A stretch of 64,000 nt of DNA from Heterodontus francisci. Its lineage: Eukaryota. The notes beneath the pieces are model-generated. The model worked only from the letters and a program-made list of their open reading frames with translations. It was not told where the DNA came from and did no database searches. This document shows positions 1-12,544 of the stretch, piece after piece (position 1 is the first letter of the stretch; every line of letters begins with the position of its first letter). The position numbers were made by a program, and so were the translations under genes. The DNA is taken from assembly GCF_036365525.1 (NCBI RefSeq), contig NC_090415.1, positions 9,734,001 to 9,798,000 on the forward strand. Direction: 5' to 3'.

Positions 1-54
1 AACTTTCTTGGCGCCCTTCTTGGAAGGTGCTGCAGTTTTCTTCTCGTCAACCAT
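1..54 (-). CDS. H2B: Histone H2B, 5' end only (runs off the window)
   Basis: Reverse strand from ATG at 54 reads [18 protein letters not shown], the same as the H2B at 52079-52459. Confidence 0.93.
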   Translation of the reverse strand, partial: MVDEKKTAAPSKKGAKKV

Positions 55-104
55 GATCACGATCAACTTCAGACACAGAATAACCGAAATTTCGCTCCAA
101 GCTC

Positions 105-240
105 GCATTTTATAGACATCCCCTGAACCCTATGCTAATGAGGGATGGGAGAAGGCCATGTTCATGATTGGCTGCTTTACAATGATGTCACTGCCTGATG
201 TTCTGTATCTATCTGATTGGGTATCTAAAGTAACCAATCA
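105..240 (-). promoter_or_regulatory. H2B promoter (TATA, octamer-like, CCAAT boxes)
   Basis: TATAAAA on the minus strand at ~108-114; ATGCTAAT at 132-139; CCAAT/ATTGG at ~167, ~216 and ~234. Same layout upstream of the other two H2B genes. Confidence 0.8.
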
Positions 241-603
241 CGTTTTGTCCTTCTCACAGCCACAAACTGTCGCAGCAGTCAGATCGTCCAACCCCCTTTG
301 CCGGCCCTTATCCATCTACATCAGTGACTTTCTGAGTCTCTCTTCCTCATCAACCATTTCTATTTTGCTAGTACGAACTCGTCTCTTTTTTAACTCTACG
401 TATAATTTCTCTATCGTTCCCTTCCTTATCAGGATGTAGCGCCCCTCTGCACTTCCGTCCATCACCAGGACGAAACCGTCCAGTATATTGGGGGTCAGAG
501 TGGCGCAAATGCGAGCATTGAAGTGCAAGTCCTTAAATCCATGTCGCGTGCCAAATAAGGTTGGTCAGCTGCAGTCACAAGTAACCTCATGAAAGATTTA
601 TAT

Positions 604-1814
604 GACAGCGCTACTGATATGTCTTCCTTTTTCCTCAACCGAGGATCCCGCCTCCCCGCACCCCGCTCCTGTTGTTGGCAGTGCCCTCAAACGGGTCCAG
701 CCCATTTCCCACACCTCTACCTTCACCCCTTCCCCTCTCTCCCAGAACAACGCCAGGGTTCCCCTTGTCCTCACTTTCCACCCCATCAGCCTCCACATCC
801 AAAGGATCATCCTCCGCTATTTCTGCCACCTCAAGCTTGATGCCACAACCAAATGCATCTTCCCCTCCCTTCCCCGGTCATCATTCCAAAGGGATTGTTC
901 CCTCCGCGACACCATAGTCCACTCCTCCATTACCTCCACCACCTTGTCCCCTTCCCACGGCACCTTCCGCTGCAATCGCACGAGGTGTAATACCGACCCA
1001 GTTATCTCCTCTCTCCTCACAATCCCAGGCCCCAAACACTCCTTTCAAGTGAATCAGCGATTTACTTGTACTTCTTTCAATTTAGTACACTGTATTCGCT
1101 GCTCACAATGTGGTCTCCGCTACATTGGGGAGACCAAACATATACTGGGTGACCGCTTTGCGTAACACCTCCGCTCAGTCTGAAAGCATGACCCCAAGCT
1201 TCTGGTTGCTTGTCATTTCAACACTCCCCCCTGCTCTCATGCTCATATCTCTGTCCTGGGATTGCTGCAGTGTTCCAGGAAACATCAATGCAAGCTCGAG
1301 GAACAGCATCTCATTTACTGATTAGGCACAATACAGACTGCCAGACTGAGCATTGAGTTCAATAATTTCAGAGCATGACGGGGCCCCCATTTTACTTTTA
1401 TTTTTAGTTATTCATTCTTATTTATATTTATTTTTCTGTTTATTTTATTTTATATCATATTAGTTGGTACAGTTTGCTGACCCACCTTTTTTTCCATGTT
1501 GGTACTTGTGGCTATTCAATTTTCATCCATTAACACCCTATCTGTATGAATGCTTTGTCTTTCAACACGCCATTAACATAATGTTTGCCTTTGCTCCATG
1601 ACCTTCTGGTCAGCTATTCTGTGACGTTGTCCTTTCTGCACCTTCTCCTTTGTTATCTCTTGCCCCAGCGCCGGTTTACTTGCTTAAAACCTTTCACATT
1701 TCTAATATTTACCAGTTCTGAAGAAGGGTCACTGACCTGAAACGTTAACTCTGCTTCTGTCTCCACAGATGCTGCCAAACCAGCTCAGTATATCCAGAAT
1801 TTCTTGTTTTTATT
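604..1814 (+). mobile_element. 5'-truncated Penelope-like retroelement (GIY-YIG endonuclease region plus terminal repeat), decayed
   Basis: ORF 602-1165 has PLVLTFHP, C-x-x-x-x-C, FTCTSFNLVHCIRCSQCGLRYIGET, typical of PLE GIY-YIG domains, then stops. Flanked by 15-bp duplication ATGAAAGATTTATAT (589-603, 1815-1829); the empty site is visible at ~31354-31368. Confidence 0.88.
1714..1750 (+). ncRNA. Minimal type I hammerhead ribozyme motif in the PLE terminus (predicted)
   Basis: AGTT-CTGAAGA-A-GGGTC act GACCT-GAAACGTT-AACT: stem I AGTT/AACT, CUGANGA box, hairpin stem II, GAAA box, palindromic ACGU in place of stem III. Activity untested. Confidence 0.65.
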
Positions 1815-2084
1815 ATGAAAGATTTATATAGTGGCAATTACATAATTCTGGCTGAAACTAGGCGAGGCAAGGGAACTTATTATTACTGGCTACAACCATT
1901 CAGGAAAGATAGGTCTGAAAACATATGGAGGATTGTGGAACGGAAAGAATTGATCAAATATAATATGATAACACTGGCAGGGATGACGTTTTGAGTTGTT
2001 AACAAAAGAATCGATTTGGTCATAGATGCGGAATATGGCAGGAGGAAGTGCATGGACATTCTGGGTCGTGAAATGTTTGTCCTT

Positions 2085-3065
2085 CCCTGCAGGACATGTG
2101 AGTGTGGGATTCATTCTGTGCCCATCAGTATGTGATATTTACCCGTGGATTTTACTCCATATCTGCCAATCTATGGTCAATGATTTGGTCATTTCATTCA
2201 ATAATTTGAATCTTCAACAGGTGATTCTGTTTTATTTTTCTCCATAACATTCAGTTTCTAAGTGGGTGATTATGGGTTTTGTTCTGTACCTATGAGATTC
2301 TACTGAGTGAGTGTGGGTTTTGTTATGTATCTGTTAATCTCCTCTTTTGGAGTCTGGGACTTTCTCTTTATGTCAATTTCTGAATTGTGAATTTGGATTT
2401 TAATCGGCACCTGTCAGTTTCTGGTATGAAAGGCTGTTTCATTTTGTCTCTGTACCTGTTAGTAAGTGGCATTTTTGTGTAGCTTTACACTGCACATGTT
2501 AATTGATGACATGCCAGCGTTGTTTTCACTCGACATGTCAGTCTCTGGTTTGGAGGCCTCACCTGTGTTCTGTACCAATCAGATGTCTACATATGAGGAT
2601 GGGTTTTAACCTGTTTCTTTCAATCTGTTGCATGTAAGTACTGTTTATTATCTGTATCTGTAAGTTTTTGATGAATGAATGTGGACTGTATCGTCTCCCT
2701 GTCAGTGGTTCATTAAGAGATATTTTACAAGGTACCTGCCCGTTCTGATATGTGAGTGTGGGTTGTGATCTACATCTGGCCATTTCAGGTGTGAGACATG
2801 AGCATTGTTTTCACTCTGTGTACGTTAGCCTCAAGTGTCAGAAGTTGGGTTTAGTCATACATCTCATTCTCTGCTGCATGATTGTGGATTTACATCTGTA
2901 CAAGTTCGTTTCTGATACGGGCGTGTGAATTTTATTCTGTATGCCAATTTCTGGTATGTGAGTGTGTGTTTTTTCTGTCCTGTCACTTTCTGCTGAACTG
3001 GGTGGTGGATTTGCTTTGGATCTGTGAATTTCTGCTTTCTGAATGTTGGCTTTGCTTTACATTTG
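2085..3065 (+). repeat. Degenerate ~41-bp TG-rich satellite block
   Basis: Recurring units resembling TTTTACTCTGTACCTGTCAGTTTCTGATATGTGAGTGTGG. Confidence 0.75.
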
Positions 3066-5765
3066 TCACAGAGTTATACAGCACAGAAACAGGCCCTTTG
3101 GCCCACTGTGTCTTTGCCTCCCATCAAGCATGAATCTATTCGAATCACATTTTCCAGCACTTGGCCCATAGTCTTGTATGCTATGACGTTTCACGTGTTC
3201 ATCGAAATCATTCTCAAATGCTATGAGGGGTCCTGCCTCTACCAGCCCTTCAGGTAGTGTGTTCCAGATTCCAACCACACTCTGCGTGAAATATTTTCTC
3301 AAGTCCCCTCTAAACCTGCTGCCCATTACTTAAATCTATCTCCCCTGGTTGTTGATCCCTCCACTGAGGGAACGTTTTCTTCCTATCTGTACTATCAATG
3401 TCCCGTGTAATTTTGTATACCTCAATCAGTTCCCCCCTCAGCCTTCTCTGCTCCAAGGAAAACAACCCTAGCCTATCCAGTCTCTCTTCATAACTGAAAT
3501 GCCACAGCCCAGGAAACATCCTGATGAATCTCCTCTGCACGCTCTCCATTGCAATCACGTCCTTCCTTTGGTGAGTTGACCAGACCTGTACACAGTACTC
3601 CAGCTGTGGCCTAACTAGCATTTTATTCAGCTCCCTCATAACCTCCCTGCTCTTATATTCTATGCCTCGGCTAATAAAGACAAGTATCCCATATGCCTTC
3701 CTAACCACCTTATCTCCCCGTGCTTCTGCCTCAGTGATAGATGGACAAGTACACCAATGTCCCTCAGACCCTCTGTACATCTTAGGATCTGGCCATTCAT
3801 TCTATATTCTCTTGCCTTGTTAGGCCTCCCAAAATGCATCACCTCACATTTTCGCACTTCTCTGGATTAAATTCCATTTGCCACTGCTCCACCCATCTTA
3901 CCAGCCCATCTATATCATCCTGTAATCTAAGGCTTTCCTCCTCACTATTTATGACACCAATTTTCGTGTCTTCTGCGAACTTACTGATCATCTCTACTAC
4001 ATTCACGTCTAAATCATTCATGTACACTACAAACAGCAATGGTCCCAGCACGGATTGCTGTGGTACACCACTGGTCACAAACTTCAACTCACAAAAACAA
4101 TGCTCCCTCTGCCTCCTGCCACTAAGCCAATTCTGAATCCAATTTGCCAAATTGCCCTGGATCCCATGGGCTCTTACCTTCTTAACCAATCTCCCATGTG
4201 GGACCTTATCTGAAGCCTTACTGAAGTCCATGTGGATAACATCAACTGCCTTACCCTCATCTACACATCGAGTCACCTCCTCAAAAAATTCAATCAAGTT
4301 TGTTAGACACGACTTTTTTTTCAAGTCACCTCCTCACTCTGCTTATTATTCTTATATATATATTTTTTTTAAGGACCACCTCCCCCCACCCCGCCCTCCC
4401 CCTTACATTTCCTATAATCCTCTAGGGCCTCCGCTGTTTTCTGCCCGAATCCTCTTTTTTTTCCCCTTATCCAATCCTCTATATCCCTTGACATCCAGGG
4501 TTCCCTGGATTTGTTGGTCCTACGCTTCACCTTTTTGGGAACATGTTGGCCCTGAACTCTCATTATTTCCTTTTTGAATGACTCCCACTAGTCGGATGTA
4601 GACTTTCCTATAAGTAGCTTCTCGCAGTCCACTTTGGCCAGATCCTGTTTTATCATATTGAAATCGGTCTTCCCCAAATTGAGTACATTTATTTCTGGTC
4701 CCTCTTTGTCCTTTTCCATAACTACCTTAAATATTACAGCGTTATGGCCACTATCCCCGAAATGCTCCCCCACTGACACTCCTACCACTTGTCCGGCTTC
4801 ACTCCCTAGGATTAGGTCGAGCACGGCTCCTTCTTTTGTAGGACTTTCTACCTGCTGGCTCAAAAAGATCTCCTGTATGAACTGAAGAATTCTGCATCCT
4901 TTAAGCCATTTGCACTAAGACGATCCCAGTTGATATTGGGTAAGTTGAAATCCCCGACAATTATTACCCTATTATTTTTACACCTCTCTGAGATTTGCCT
5001 ACATATCTGCTCCTCTATCTCTCCCTGACTGTTTGGAGGCCTGTCGTACACTCCCAGCCAAGTGATTGCCCCCCTTTTTGTATTTATGTTCTACCCATAT
5101 GGATCATTTGAGGAATGTTCATAGATATCATCCCTCCTTATACAGTAATTGACTCCTTGATCAACAGTGCACTGCCACCTCCTATTTTATACCCTCCCCT
5201 GTTATGCCTGAAGTTTCTAGACCCTGGAATATTGAGCTGCCAGTCCTGCCCTTCCCTCAACCATGTCTCCGTGAAAACAATAATATCATATTTCCATTTG
5301 TTAATAAATGGCCTCAATTCTTCTGCCTTACTAGTAAGATTCCTTGCGTTAAAATAGATGCAATCCAGCCTTGCATCGTTAGCTTCTGTCTTAACAGGTC
5401 TGCCTTTTCTCTGCCTTCCAGACTGACTCAGTTTCTCTTCTATATTTGACTGTGCATCAACCCTTACTGCACGTCCCCTCTGTATCCCACCCCCTTGCCA
5501 AATTAGTTTACAACCACCCCCCACCCCCCTCCCCCAAAAGCACCTGCAAACCTCCCAGCAAGGCTGTTGGTCCTGATCCAGTTCAGGTGCAATCTGTCCA
5601 ACTTGTACAATTCCCACCTTGGCCAGAAACAGACCCTGTGATCCAGGAAATTAAAGCCCTCCCTCCTGCACTATCTCTTCAGCCACACATTCATCTGCTC
5701 TATCCTCCTATTCCTATACTCACCTGCACGTGGCAGCGGGGGTAATCCAGCGATTACAACCTTTG
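3066..5765 (-). mobile_element. CR1-clade LINE, decayed (endonuclease and RT fragments, internal deletion near 4320)
   Basis: Minus-strand ORF pieces: CIYFNARNL..TETWL, IIVGDFNLPNINW, LDLIL, SCLTNLIEFFEEVT..MDFSKASDKVPH..GVPQQSVLGP..KFAEDTK, RPQLEYCVQVW. Confidence 0.92.
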
Positions 5766-5829
5766 CGGACCACTTTTCTTTAATCTGCTACCTTGCTTTT
5801 GAAGTTCATGTTGCATGACCTCATCCCTC

Positions 5830-7765
5830 TTTGTACCTGTCAGTTTCTGGTGTGGAATAAAGATCTTTACTCTGTACCTGCTAGTTGCAGGCAAGTGATT
5901 GTGACATCAATCCATATGTGTCAGAGTGTGATATTACTTCAGATTTTACTCTTCAGCTGTCAGTTTCTGATATGTGAATATGGATTTTCCTCATTCTGGT
6001 CACTTACTGCAATGTAAGTCACTCCTTTATTCTGTGCCTGTCAGTTTCAGGTCTGGAAGAAAGATTTTTTTCATTACCTTTTATAATCTGGCAAGTGAAT
6101 GAGAGATCACCCTGTATCTGTCAGTTTGTGACATATTACTGTGACTTTTACTCTTCACTTGTCAGTTTCTGATACGTGAATGTGTATTTTATTCTGGGTA
6201 CCTGTCAGATATTAAAATGCAAGTATGTATTCTATTCTGTTCCTGTTTGTTCCTTGTAATTAATTGGAGTGTTTACTCTTGATCTGTCAGTCTCTGGAAT
6301 GTGAATGTGGCTCTTACTCTGTGTCTGTCTGTATTGGATTTGCCAGCAAGTGTTTTTCTTTGCCTTTCTGTTCCTGATATGTGAATGTGAATTTTACTAT
6401 GTACCTCTCAGTTACTGGTATGTGATCGTGGTTTTATTCTGTCTCCATGAGCCTATGATTTATGATATCTGCATGTGCACTTTTCACTCTACCTGCCAGC
6501 TTCTGATCTGAGTGGATTTTTTTATGTCCCTGTCATTTACTGATGAATTGAACGGTGGTTTTGGTTTGAATCGCTCACTTTCTGTTACGTGAATATGAGT
6601 ATTCCTTCGTACTTGTCAATTACTGGTATTGAAGTAAGATCTTTAAACTGCACCTAATACAAAGCAAAATACTGTTAATGCTGGAAATAAAAGCAGAAAA
6701 TTCGGTAAATACACAGCAGGACTGCCAGCATCTGTGGAGACAGAAACAGAATTAGCCTTTCAGGTCAATGACCTTTCATCAGAAAGGTCTGTCCTGATCA
6801 AAGGTCATTGACCTGAAATGTGAACTGAATTTCTCTCTCCACAGGTGCTGCCAGACTTGCAGAGTATTTCCAGCATTTTCCATTTTCATTTACACTGTAC
6901 ATGGAGATGTACATTTTCTGGCAAGTGAATGTGGAATCAATATATAACCTTTCAGTTCTGATATGCAAATGAGGATTTTACCCAGCACGTTTTCAGTTCC
7001 TGCAGTGCAATTATCTGATTTATTCTGTAACTTTATGATTGTGGTAATTGATTGTGGGTTTGACCCTACATCTACCAGTCTCTGTAATGTGAATGTGGCT
7101 ATTACTCTGTATTTGTCTGTGCACAATTTGTGAGTGTTTGTTTTCCTCTCCGTGTCTGTTTCTGACATGTAAATGTGGATTTTGCTATGTACCTCAGTTA
7201 CTTTATGTGTATGTGCTTTATTCTGTTTCTGTGCATCTGTGGCGAGCTTCACATTTTCCCTGTACCTATCAGCATCACACTTCTTTGTATGGCCATTATT
7301 CTGCACTTGTTGGTTTATGGCACTGCTTGAATTACTCTTTCCTTCTCAGTCTCTGACATGCTACTATAGATTTTCCTCTTTACTTGTAAGATTCCACTCT
7401 GTGATTATGTTGTTTCTCTGTCTGTCTGCGTCTGGTATGCTATTGTAAGATTTACTGTGTGCCCATCAGGTTCTGGTATTTAAGTATGAAGTTAACATTG
7501 TAACATTCAATTTGATCTGTGTGAATCTGCTTCTGCCTTGAACTGACAGTTTCTATTCTGTGAGTGTACATTTACAAGTGCACTTGTTAATTTCTGCTAA
7601 ATAACTGTTTGTTTTAATCTGTGCATGTCAGTTGCTGCAATGGGAAGTTGGGAAAGGTTTTTAATTCTGAAAATGGCAATTACTGATAAGTAAATTTGGG
7701 TTTTACTCAGTAACTCTCATTCTCTGGTATATGAGTTCGTGGCTTTTTATTCTGGTTAGCTGTCA
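5830..7765 (+). repeat. Degenerate ~41-bp satellite block (interrupted at 6660-6890)
   Basis: Same unit consensus as 2085-3065. Confidence 0.75.
6660..6890. mobile_element. Palindromic element made of two back-to-back PLE termini
   Basis: Left arm is the reverse complement of the right arm; both match the 1718-1814 terminus. CTGATGA on minus at 6776-6782 and CTGATCA on plus at 6794-6800, each followed by AGGTCATTGACCT-GAAA. Confidence 0.8.
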
Positions 7766-7769
7766 CACT

Positions 7770-10620
7770 CACTTCTCTGAAGTAAACATCTTATGAACCG
7801 TCTCCAACACATTTACTTCCTTTATTAAATAAGGAGACCAAAACTGCACACAGTATTCTAGATGTGGTCTCACCAATGCCCTGTATAACTGAAGTATAAC
7901 GTGATTATTTTCATTTTCAATTCCTCACGTAATACTGGATAGCATTCCATTTGCCTTCCTTCTGTCTTGCTGTAACTGCACACTAACTTTTTTGACTCAT
8001 GCACTAGAACACCTAGATCCCTCTCCAGAATTCTGCAGTCGCTCAGCACTGAAATATTTTTAAATCTTCCTGACAAAGTGAACAACTTCCCATTTTCTCA
8101 CATTGTACATCATCTGCCAGATTTCTGCCCACTCACTCAACCTACATATATCAGTCTTCAACTTCCTTATGTCCTCTTCACAACATAAATTCCTACCTAT
8201 CTTTGTTTCATCTGCAAATTTAGCTGCCATGTCATCGCTCCCCTTATTTAAGTTATTGATATAAGTTGTAAAAAGTTGAGGCCCCAGCACTCGTCACATC
8301 CTGCCAATCAGAATATGACCCGTTTCTGCATTCTCTGCGTTCTGCCAGCCAGTCAATCTTCTATCCATGCCAATATGTTACCCATGAGCTCCTACTTTGC
8401 ACAACAACCGTTTATGTGGCACCTTGTCAAATGCCTTCTGGAAATCCAAGTACTGTCTGTCAACCGGGTTCCCCTTTATCCACAGTGCATGTTAGTCCTT
8501 CAAGGAACTTCAATAAATAGGTTAAACATGATTTCCCCTTCACAAAACCATGTTGACTATTCCTGATGACCTTATGTTTCTCAAAATGCCCAGCTATAGC
8601 CTCCTCATTGATTAATTCTACCACCTTCCTCATGACAGGGGTCAAGCTAACTGGCCTATAGTTAATGTTAACTCTGCATCTCTCTCCACAGATGCTGCCA
8701 GACCTGCTGAGTATTTCCAGCATTTCTTGTTTTTGTTTCAAATTTCCAGCATCTGCAGTATTTTGCTTTTATATTACTATAGTTACCCTTTCTCTGCCTC
8801 CACATCTTCTCGAATAGAGGGATTATATTTTCTACTTTCCAGTCTGATGTCACCTTTCCAGAATCGTACGAATTTTGAAAAATTAACACCACCAAATCTA
8901 TTACTTCCGTAGCCACCATTTTGAAACTCCTAGGATGAAGCCCATCGGGATCTGTGGACTTGTCAGTCCGTTGCTCCATCACTTTACTCAGTACCACTTC
9001 CCTGGTGATTGTAATTTCAACAAGTTCCTCTCTTCCATCCACCTCCTGATTTACAGCTATGATGGGAATGTTTTTTGTATTTGCTACAGTGAAGATAGAA
9101 GCTTTTTTTATGTACATTTCTTCTGTCATTTCCTTATTCTCAACCTTTAACTCTTAATTTTCATTCTCTAGAGGACCCAACACTCAATTTACTTGCACTT
9201 TTCCTTTTCAAATACCTGTGGAAACTCTTGCTATCCGTTTTTAGATTTCTAGCTAGCTTAAACCCATGCTCTAATATATTTTTCTCCTGATTAACCTTTT
9301 AGTTATTCTCTGCCATTCTATATATTATGACCAATCATCTTTGCTCAATTATATGCTTTTTCATTCAGGTTGATGCCTTCCTTAACTTCTTTAATCAACC
9401 ATGGATGGGGTTTCCTCCCCTTGGAATTTTTCTTTATAGTAGGGATATCCTTATTTTGAGTATTCTGAAATATCCACTTAAATGTCTGCCACTGCTTCTC
9501 TATTGAACTATCTCCTGGCCCAGTAACCCAGTTCACTTCAGCTAGCTCAGCTTTCATGCCCACATATCTGCCCTTATTTAAGTTTAAAATACTAGTCTTA
9601 GACCCACTCCTCTCATTTTCAAACTGGATGTAAACTTCAATCATATTGTGATCATTGCTACCAAGAGGTGCAGATACTCTGAGGTCATTAATTAATCCTG
9701 TCAAATTACACAATACTAAGTTTAATATAACCTGCTCGCTGGATGGTTCTAGAAGATGCTGCTCAAAGAAACTACTTCGAAAGCATTCTATGACCTCCTG
9801 ATGCAGGCTTTTATTACTAATCTGATTTTTTCCAGTTTTTATGAAGATTAAAATCACCCATGATTATTTCCATCTCTTTATCACAAGCACCCATTAGTTA
9901 TTCTTGTAGACTTCATCCTACATTGTGATTACTGTCTGCGGGCCTGTAGACTACTCCCACTAGTGCCTTTTTTCCCTGACTGTTCCTCATCTCCACCCAA
10001 ACCGATTCTACATCCTGATCTCCTGAACCAAGGACATGTCTAACTATTGCACTAATGCATCCTTGATTAACAGTGCCAGCTCTCCACCTTTACCTAGCTT
10101 CCTATTCTTCTTGAATTTTACATACCCCTCAATATTGAGGACACAATCCTTGTCATCCTGCAGCCATGTCTCCATAATGGCTATTAGATCATATTTATTT
10201 CCTTCAACATGTGCTATCCATTTCTCTACTTTGTTATGAATGCTACGTGCATTCACATACAGAGCCTTTAGTTTTATCTTTTTGTTATCTTTGTAACATC
10301 TAGTGTTGCCTGTTGGTCTGCTCTTAGTTTTTTTTTCTCTTTGTCCCTTCCTGCCATTCTCTGGCCATCATTTCCCATATTATTATTGTGTTTTCCTGCC
10401 TTGACTTTATCCCTTGATTTGTTACCTCTGCTAAAGCTTGTTCCCCTCCCCCTTTGTTTAGACCAAGTAACTCTCTACATCCCTAGTTATACAATTTGCT
10501 CGAACACTGGTCCCAGCTTGGCTCAGGTATAAACTGTCCGAACGGTACAGCCTCCACTTTCCCTAGTACTGGTGCCAGTGCCCCACAAACTGAACCTGAC
10601 TTCTCCCACACCAGTCTTGG
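7770..10620 (-). mobile_element. CR1-clade LINE, decayed
   Basis: MNARSIHNK..METWL, LGSNDHNMI, PDGLHPR, NYRPVSLT, QHGFVKGKSCLT, LGPQLF..KFADETK in broken frames. Confidence 0.9.
8665..8776 (+). mobile_element. Short solo PLE-terminus insertion inside CR1 RT
   Basis: Matches the 1742-1814 and 24450-24560 terminus; flanked by direct repeat CTATAGTTA (8656-8664, 8777-8785) and splits the GNYRPVSLT motif. Also present at ~60455-60566. Confidence 0.85.
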
Positions 10621-12470
10621 TGGGTGTAAGTTTCACTGTATATCTCTCAATCCCTAGTCTACAATTTACCTCTGTCATTTTTGGATTTTGAGAGTGGCTT
10701 TATCTGTACCTGTCAGTTTGTTTTATGTGAGAAATGTCTTATTCTGTACTTTTCAGCTTCTGTTGTGTGTGTTCTGGCTTGTACTTTGTCCCCATCAGTA
10801 TAGGGTATGTGAGTGTGGATTTGACAGTTAATATTACATTCTTGTGTATATGAGTGGGAGTTCACACTTTATGTTTGATTGTCTAGTAGCCAATTTAAGG
10901 ATTAACCTGTGCCCTTAAATGTCTAATGTGTAGCTGTGGTTTTTAACATGTCTCTGTCACTGTCTGGTATTAGAGTAAGGGTTTCAGTCTGGATTTTGAG
11001 TGTGGATTTTACACCACATCTCTACATTCTCTCGGATGTGCATGTGAGTTTTAATCTGTACATGCCAGTTTCTGACATTTGGCTGTGTGGTTTACTTTGT
11101 ACATTGTCATTCTCTGATATGTGACTGCCAATTTTATTCTGAACCTGTCAGTTTATTTTCTGTCTGTGAGTTTTAACCTGTATCTGTCAGTATCTGATAT
11201 CTGAATCTTCTTAATTATGTGTGTGTTGTTCTGTATCTGTCAGTGTCTGAAGTGCAATTGTCAGGTTTACTTTGTACCTGTCAGTGTCTGTTGTGGATGA
11301 GAGGCTTTCACTCTCTAACTGTTAACTTCTTGTAATTTATTATGGATTTCACTCTGTGTCTGTCAGTCTCTGGTAGTTAAGTACGGCATTTATACTGTAT
11401 CTCCTCATTTCTGATGTGTGAATGTAGATATTAATGTGTACCTGTTGGTTTCTCCTATGCGAGTCTGGGCTAAAATCTGTTTCTGCCAGTTTCTCATATG
11501 TGAGGGTGGCATTTATTCTGTACCTGTTACTGTCTGAATTGTGAGAAGGTTTTAATCTTTCTCTGTCAGTTGCTGGTATGTTAATGTGGGTTTATTTTGG
11601 ATCTTTCAATCTTTGGAATTTGAGTCCGTGTTTTACCCGAAACCTGTTTGTTTCTGTTAAGTGAATGAGGGATTAAATCTGTACCTGCATATTGATAGTA
11701 AATGAATGTAGTTTTTAGTCTGTACCTGTCAGTTTATGAAATATGAAGGTGGTTTTATTTCGCTGTCTGCCATATTTTGATATGTGACTGTTGTTTTATT
11801 CTGTACCTGTTATTTTCTGGGATATGATTGTGGTTTTTGATCTGTATCTGTCAGTTTCTATTACTTGAGTGAGTTTTACTTTGAACCAGTTGTCTTCTGG
11901 TATGTGAGTGTTGCTTTTAAGCTGGACCCGTAAAGTTAAGGTAATATAGTGTGGGTTTATTCTGTATCTATCAAACTCTAGTGTGTGACATGGGGCCTTT
12001 CTCTGAATCTGTCGATTTCAGCTCTGTAACTGCAAGTTTTAATCTGCAACTTACAGTTCCTGATAGGTGTGTGAGCACATTTTCTTTTCTTCTGCAGCTA
12101 TCTATGTCTGGTACAGAGGATGTGTGTTATTCTTATCTTTCAATTTCTGTCATTGAAGAATTGCTTTTCCTTTGAACTTCTCAGTCTCTGCAATGTGTCC
12201 ATGGGTTTTACATTGTAACTGTCTCTGTTAAGTGACTCTGGTGTGATTCTCTATTTGACAGTCTCTTGCCTGTGAGTGGTTTTATTTTCTTCTCTGTAAC
12301 TGTCAGTTTCCCTTCAGTGGCTGGAGGTTTTAATCTTCACTTAAACTCTTTAATAATTTGTAAATGTGAATTTCACTCTGTGTCTGTCTGTGTACATTAT
12401 ATGAATGAGTTTATTTTCATTTTGTAATCATCAGTTTCAGGCATGTGAGGGTGAGATTCACTGTCTCCAG
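10620..12470 (+). repeat. Degenerate ~41-bp satellite block
   Basis: TACCTG-like anchors at ~11521, 11561, 11601, 11641, 11682 and 11723 give a 40-41 bp period. Confidence 0.8.
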
Positions 12471-12544
12471 GATGCACCCTCTTGTGAAATTGACAGAGTG
12501 CCTTTTAATCTGATAGTGGGTTCTGCTTTTGAACTTTACCTAAC

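Noticed and set aside
447-483. Hammerhead-like GTCC..GGAC-GAAAC-CGTC upstream of H2B
   Set aside because: No CUGANGA box before the stem, and GAAAC is not kept in the paralogs at ~31235 and ~52875.
5793-7448. Cys/Phe/Leu-rich short ORFs that look like membrane peptides
   Set aside because: They are translations of the TG-rich satellite; similarity between copies only reflects the duplication.
10620-12470. CRISPR-like array or decayed C2H2 zinc-finger array
   Set aside because: No constant repeat with unique spacers and the context is vertebrate. GAGTGTGGG..TTCACTC faintly recalls zinc-finger codons, but the ~41-bp period is not a multiple of 3 and no HTGEKP/CxxC frame is readable.
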